Assembly (NCBI RefSeq): GCF_009914755.1
Contig: NC_060931.1
Length of the DNA stretch: 64,000 nt
Strand: one strand, 5' to 3'
From: the human T2T-CHM13v2.0 reference genome, Homo sapiens
Under the pieces are notes generated by a model that was not told where the DNA came from, did no database searches, and worked only from the letters and a program-made list of their open reading frames with translations. Positions within the stretch are counted from its first letter, which is position 1; every line of letters starts with the position of its first letter. Made by a program: the position numbers and the translations under genes. Shown here in pieces: positions 58,367-64,000 of this stretch.

Positions 58367-60265
58367 ATCCCCCACGATATCAGTGAACTATGAAATACTT
58401 CAATCAGCTTAATATTTACAAAGCTAGGAAAAGGGAGTGGTTACAAAAAATATATATCCGAATATTTTAGACATTTATTAGAAATAGGAAGTGGTTACAA
58501 GAAAAACTATGTTTAAACATTTTTAAAAACTGAAAAACATGATTAACTCACAAATTCAGGAGGTTTATTGAACTCTAAGCAAGGGAGACATCAAGTCAGG
58601 GAAAAACAATATTACAGTAAAATTATTGTAGGAATCAATGAAAAAGAAGAGACTAGACCAAATTATTTCAACTACTAAAAGAAAAAAAAACAGCCTGCCA
58701 ACCTAGAAACACATGTTCAGCAAAAATATGTTTCAGAAACAAAGATAAAATACACTCTCGGACCCAGAAAAGGTAAAAAAAAGTAATCACTATCAGACCT
58801 GAGCTGCATTAAATGTTAAAGAAATATCTTTAGGCAAAGATAACCTAAGAGTAGATTGAATATATTTCTATCCATATGAGTGACGAGCAGAGGAGATGGT
58901 AAATACAGGGGTAAATACACAAGATTTTTTCTTAATATTAAAATTCATTTTAAATATAGAGGAATAAGCAAAAATATAACAATGTAACTTGGTGTTATGA
59001 AAATATACAAATAAAATGTGTAACATCAATGGTCCAAAATTCAGAAGATGAAAAATCAAAATATACGAAGTAAAGTTCTTATATGTGAAGTGGTATATTA
59101 TCTCTTGAAATTATAATATAACAAATTAGGGTATAAAAGTCCTTAAAGAAATTGCTAAAATAATAAAATTAGTAATTGTAGCCAATAAGCCAACAAAAGA
59201 AATAAATTATAATTATAATGGATATTCAATTAGTCTAGCAGAAGGCAAAAAAAGGAAAAATTACAAAAAACAGAAAAACAGGTGACGCAAACAGAGAGCA
59301 AATACCAATATATTGATATTGAATTCACACATGTTAATAATAACATTAGATGTGATTGGTCAAATTTCCCCAATTAAAGGTAGAAGTCAGATGAGATTAA
59401 AACAAAAAACCAAAATGATCTATCTGTTGACTGCAAGAAACACACTTCAAATCTAAAGAAGGAAATAGATTCAAAGTAAAATAATGGAAAAAGCATACCA
59501 CACTAACACTAACTGAAAATAAGCTAGAAGGACTATATTAATATTAGACAAAATAGATTTTAATGCAAAAAATGTTGCCAGAAATAGAGATCATCAGTTT
59601 TGAATGAAAAGGTATCAATTGATAAGTACAACATAAAAATTCTGATTATGTACGTCATAACTAAATTTTAGTTTTTGAAGCAATAACTTACATAAATAAT
59701 AAACCATGTAAGGAAATGTTCAATACTGTGAAAAAATTCAGTATCTATATGTTTATAATTGTTAGAACAAGTACACAGAAAATCAGTATAAGTATGCATG
59801 TATATTTGAACAGCAGTATCCACCAAGTTGACCTAATTGATATTCCTGAGCATGCCACTCACAAAAAGAAAATATATTTTTTAAGGGTACAGGGGACAAA
59901 TATAGATAATTCTCTGAGCCATAAAATAAGCCTCCATACAATTAAAAGCATTTAATGAATGCAAAGTATTTCTCTGTTCACAATTAAATGAGAAATCAAT
60001 AACATAAAGCTATCTAGAAATACTTCAAATAATTATAAATTAGCAAACTTCTAAATAACCCATGGGTCAAAGAAATATAAACAAAAATGTGAAAGAATTT
60101 TTAGAAGAGAAAATGAAAATAAGAAACTAACTGAAATTTTAGCGATGATTCTAAAGTAGTAGCTAAAGGAAAATGTATAGTATTTAGTTCCTATATTAGA
60201 AAACAAGGAAGATCCTAAATCGAAGACCTCAGCTTCTACTGCATAGCCCTTGGAAAAGAAGAACA

Positions 60266-61393
60266 AAAAATTAAAGAAGAAAAAACCCTCAAACAACCTA
60301 ATGATGCATCTTAAAGAGCTAGAAAAGCAAGAGAAAATGAAACCCAACATTAGTAGAAGGAAAGAAATGGTAAAGATCCAGGCAAAAACAAATAAAATTG
60401 AAACAAAGACAAAGCTACAACAGATCAAAAAATTGAAAATTTGTTTCTTGAAAAGATAAACAAAATTCAGAAACTTTTAGCCAGACCAACTTAAAAAAAA
60501 AAAGACAGAACATCCAAATAAATAAAATCAGGGATGAAAAAGGAGTCGTTACAACTGATATCACAGAAATTCAAAGGATCATTAGAGATCACTGTGACCA
60601 TACATATGCCAATAAACTATAAAACCTACAACAAATGGAGAAATTCCTAAACACACACAACCCACTAAGATTGAACCATGAACAAGTAAACAAAATCAAA
60701 GCTTTAATAAAATGTCTTCCACAATAGAAAGGCCCAGGACTTATTTTCTTCACAGCTGAATTTTACGCAACATTTAAAAAAGAACTGATGCCAATCCTAC
60801 TGAAACTATTAAAAAAAAAAAAAGAAGTAGACTAGGAGGTAGTATTGTAGTATTTTCAATCTCATTCTATAAGACCATTATTAGCCTAATATCAAATCAG
60901 GCAAAGACACATCCAAAAAAGAGCAAACTATCAACAGAAATAAGGACAAAAACAATATGATCATTTCAATTGTTGCTAAAAAAGCATTTGATAAGATTCA
61001 ACATCCCTTTGTGATAAACTTCCCCCAAAAAGAAACTGGATAGAGAAAGAACATAACTCAACACAATAAAAGTCATATACAACAGACCCACAACAAGTAT
61101 CATACTGAATGTTAAAAAATGGAAAGCCTGCCTCTGAGATCTGGATCACAACAAGGATGCCCACATTTACTACTGTTAGTAAACATATTAACAGAAGTCC
61201 TAGCTAAAGCAATCAGACAAGATAAAGACATAAAAGGCATTCAAACTGGAAAGAAGGAAATCAAATTATGTTTATTTGCAGGTGATATGATCTTATATTC
61301 GGAAAAACCTAAAGACTCTAACAATATCTATCAGAACCGACAACCAAATTCAGAAAAGTTGAAGGATACAAAATTTACATACAAAAAACCGTA
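60266..61393 (+). mobile_element. L1MA ORF2 middle segment
   Basis: [14 protein letters not shown] and [12 protein letters not shown]...LFAGDMILY peptides; ends at the same junction as 54796-54851. Confidence 0.88.
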
Positions 61394-62239
61394 TGTTCCA
61401 ATATGTTTACACTGCAAATTCAATAGCAGTGTGATTGCATAGTCCATGATCTTATACATTTCCCTATTACACTTATAAACAGAAAAAGTGCTAAACTTAT
61501 TTTTAATGGACTTGATAATAGATGTTCAATTCATTTCAATTCCTCAGTCATTGGAAAATAGTAAATAGGTAACTGTGCTAGGTCACTATGATGACTTCAA
61601 GGTGAATAAGGATGATTTCTTGTCCTTAAAGGTCATAGAAAAAAGCATAAAGTTGAGCAACAAAAATTAACTGATGTTATCAAAAAATAACATAGCCAAA
61701 ATCTTTCATTTTGAATTATATGCTTATTATTAGAAGATTCAATAAAGATTTCCAAGTTTGATACTTGTTTGTATTAAATATGTATATCTTGACTCCTAAT
61801 ATTTTCTTAGTACAAATATTACTCTGAAGTTCACTCAATAGAAATAATTTAATATATTTCTCTTAATATCTATCTGCAGCTCAATTTCCCAATGTTTCTC
61901 TTGATCTCCTACAGAAACTGAACCCCTTTGTATTGATGCCAGTCCCATAAACAACTTACTCTAGTTTTTGCTTAAATTAATTGTGTTAGAAGATTCTTAA
62001 ACTAGGGCACTGTTGAAACCTTTTGACATCTTTTGTGTATGTTTATCCAATTGTGATAAGATTGCATAGCAGTTAGGTAGGTGTTCCAAAACTGTATTTG
62101 AATTTACAAAATTATAGACTACCTTTTAAGGTCTAGATTATCTCATTGTTACCAATGTATATTTCACTTTATTTTACTGATCCTCTACTGAGCTGCTTTC
62201 ACAAAGCAATTTGTAAAGTACAAACAAACATCCTGGGAT

Positions 62240-62915
62240 TCTTATCCACAAGGAATACTTTCCAAGACACCCAAAAGGATGCCTGAAACCACAGATAGTA
62301 TTGAACTCCATCTATCTTATGTTTTTTCCAATACATACATAACTATAATAAACTTTAACTTATAAATTAGTCACAGTAAAAGATTAACAATAACTTATAA
62401 TAAACTAGAACAATTATAACAATATGTTTTAGTAAAAGTTACATGAATTTGATCTCTTTCTCTGTCTCTCTCTCTGCATCTCAAAATGTTTTATTTTATG
62501 TACTGTAGTAATCTATTTTCAGAACGCAGTTGATGGTGGAAAACTGAAACCACAAAAGCAAAATCTTGCGATAAGGGGAAATGGATTAGTCCATATTCAC
62601 AGTGCTATACAGATACTACCTGAGGCTGTGTAATTTATAAATAAAAGAGGTTTAATTGACTCACAGTTCTGCTTGGCTGGGGGGGCCCCAGGAACATACA
62701 ATCACGACGAAAGATGAAGGAGAAGCAAATGGCTTCTTCACAAGGCCAAAGGAGAGAGAGTGCACAGGGAAACTGCCGCTTTTAAAACCACCAGACCTTG
62801 TGAGAATTCCCTCACTATCAGGAGAACAGATGGGGGAAAATGCAAAACATGGAGATAACAATTCCAGGTGAGATTTGGGTGGGACACAGAGCCAAATCAT
62901 ATAAGGGGACTATTA
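62240..62915 (+). mobile_element. MER44-like Tigger MITE, its right TIR split by a THE1 LTR
   Basis: CTTATCCAC...CCAAGACACCC...GGATGCCTGAAACCACAGATAGTA; TIR GATAAGGGG | GGGGACTA. Confidence 0.7.
62582..62904 (-). mobile_element. THE1 solo LTR
   Basis: TGGATTAGTCC...GAGATTTGGGTGGGACACAGAGCCAAATCATAT. Confidence 0.88.
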
Positions 62916-62999
62916 ATGGTGTAGAGTAGGTTATTTATTATCAATTATTAATTAATTAATAATTATTAATTATTATCAATGGTGTAGTGTATTTTAGTA

Positions 63000-63200
63000 T
63001 TATGGATCTTTAAGGTGAAAAGTTTTGTATTTTGGGCAGGAATACTACAAAAGTAAATCTGTGTTCTTCTTAGTGCATCATATCTGGGTTTATAGTCTAT
63101 TTGTCTCATGTATGGTAATGCTAACTTTGATCAAATTGATGACAAGGTAAGGACTCCTAGGTTTCTCCAGTGTAAAGTTATTTTTTTATTTGTAATTAAA
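63000..63200 (-). mobile_element. Old L1 (L1MC-like) 3'UTR fragment
   Basis: TTTTGGGCAGGAATACTAC...AGTGCATCATATC...GTTTCTCCAGTGTAAAGTTA. Confidence 0.55.
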
Positions 63201-63504
63201 ATTACTTCTATAAGAAATGAATTCATTTTTTATATTGGTGGATATAGGCTATTTGGAAGATTTGTATATATTTGGTTTAAAAGGAGTGTCTGGACACAGA
63301 AAATTCCCTTGTAAATATTTTTATTATTCTTTCCTGTACAACACGAAAGGGAACTAACAGAGTTCTAGACTGATCTTGATCCACATCTCCTACTTTGTTA
63401 GGTATAACTACAAGATTCATTAAGCAATTATTAAAGCTTAATTTAATAGTATTTTTCTTTTTAGATTATTTTGATATGGCTTTAAGTAGAATTGTAATAT
63501 TTTT

Positions 63505-64000
63505 ATTATTTTTTAAAAATTCCATTTAGCTTTTAATTTTTAATTTTCTGGACACACAGTAGGTGCATATATTCATGCGGTACAGTACAAGAGACATATT
63601 GATACACACATGCAATGCCTAGTAATCACATCATGGTAAATGGGGTATCTATCACCTCAAGTATTAATCCTTTGTGTTATAATCTATCAAGTTTTAAACA
63701 GTTATGTTAAAATATACTATGTAATTATTGACTACAGTCACACTGTTTTGCTATCAAATACTAGGTTTTTTTTTTATTCTTTCTAATTATATTGTTTATG
63801 CCCATTAACCATACCCACTTCTCTCCCATTCTTGTACTACCCTTCCCAACCTCTGGTAACTATCATTCTACTGTCTATCTCCATGAGATTAACTGTTTTA
63901 TTTTTTTTGGCTCCCACAAATAAGCAAGAACATATGAAGTTTGTCTTTCTGTGCCTGGATTATTTCCCTTAACCTAATGACCTCCAGTTACATACATGCT
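63505..64000 (-). mobile_element. L1MA 3' end, continuing beyond the window
   Basis: TAATCACATCATGGTAAATGGGGTATC...CCCTTCCCAACCTCTGGTAAC; same type as 50505. Confidence 0.88.

Noticed and set aside
62935-62980. 22-bp palindrome AATTATTAATTAATTAATAATT
   Set aside because: Lies in pure A/T low-complexity sequence, where this is expected by slippage.

Overview
AT-rich primate (human-like) genomic DNA, intergenic or deep intronic. By my manual annotation about 60-65% is transposable element. I found no host protein-coding gene, RNA gene, CRISPR array or prokaryote-type system. All recognisable ORFs are LINE-1 ORF0/ORF1/ORF2 or MaLR remnants. Main elements: (i) a full-length old L1M (~5066-15505) carrying nested Alu, LTR7 (HERV-H) and MST insertions; (ii) a full-length, coding-dead L1PA4-like element (22242-28406) with a 16-bp TSD; (iii) several truncated L1PA/L1MA copies; (iv) a THE1 provirus; (v) solo LTRs, Alus, MIR/L2 and Tigger-family MITEs. 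I do not see an undescribed biological system. The interesting signal is rearrangement history that can be read directly from junctions. This includes a three-LTR tandem MST element with a 3.9-kb internal inversion, an L1MA split into a permuted arrangement marked by a 56-bp duplicated junction, a short L1 3' transduction, a possible gene-conversion mosaic between neighbouring L1s, and a 60-bp dispersed duplication of unique DNA. Subfamily names come from recalled consensus motifs and need RepeatMasker/Dfam confirmation.
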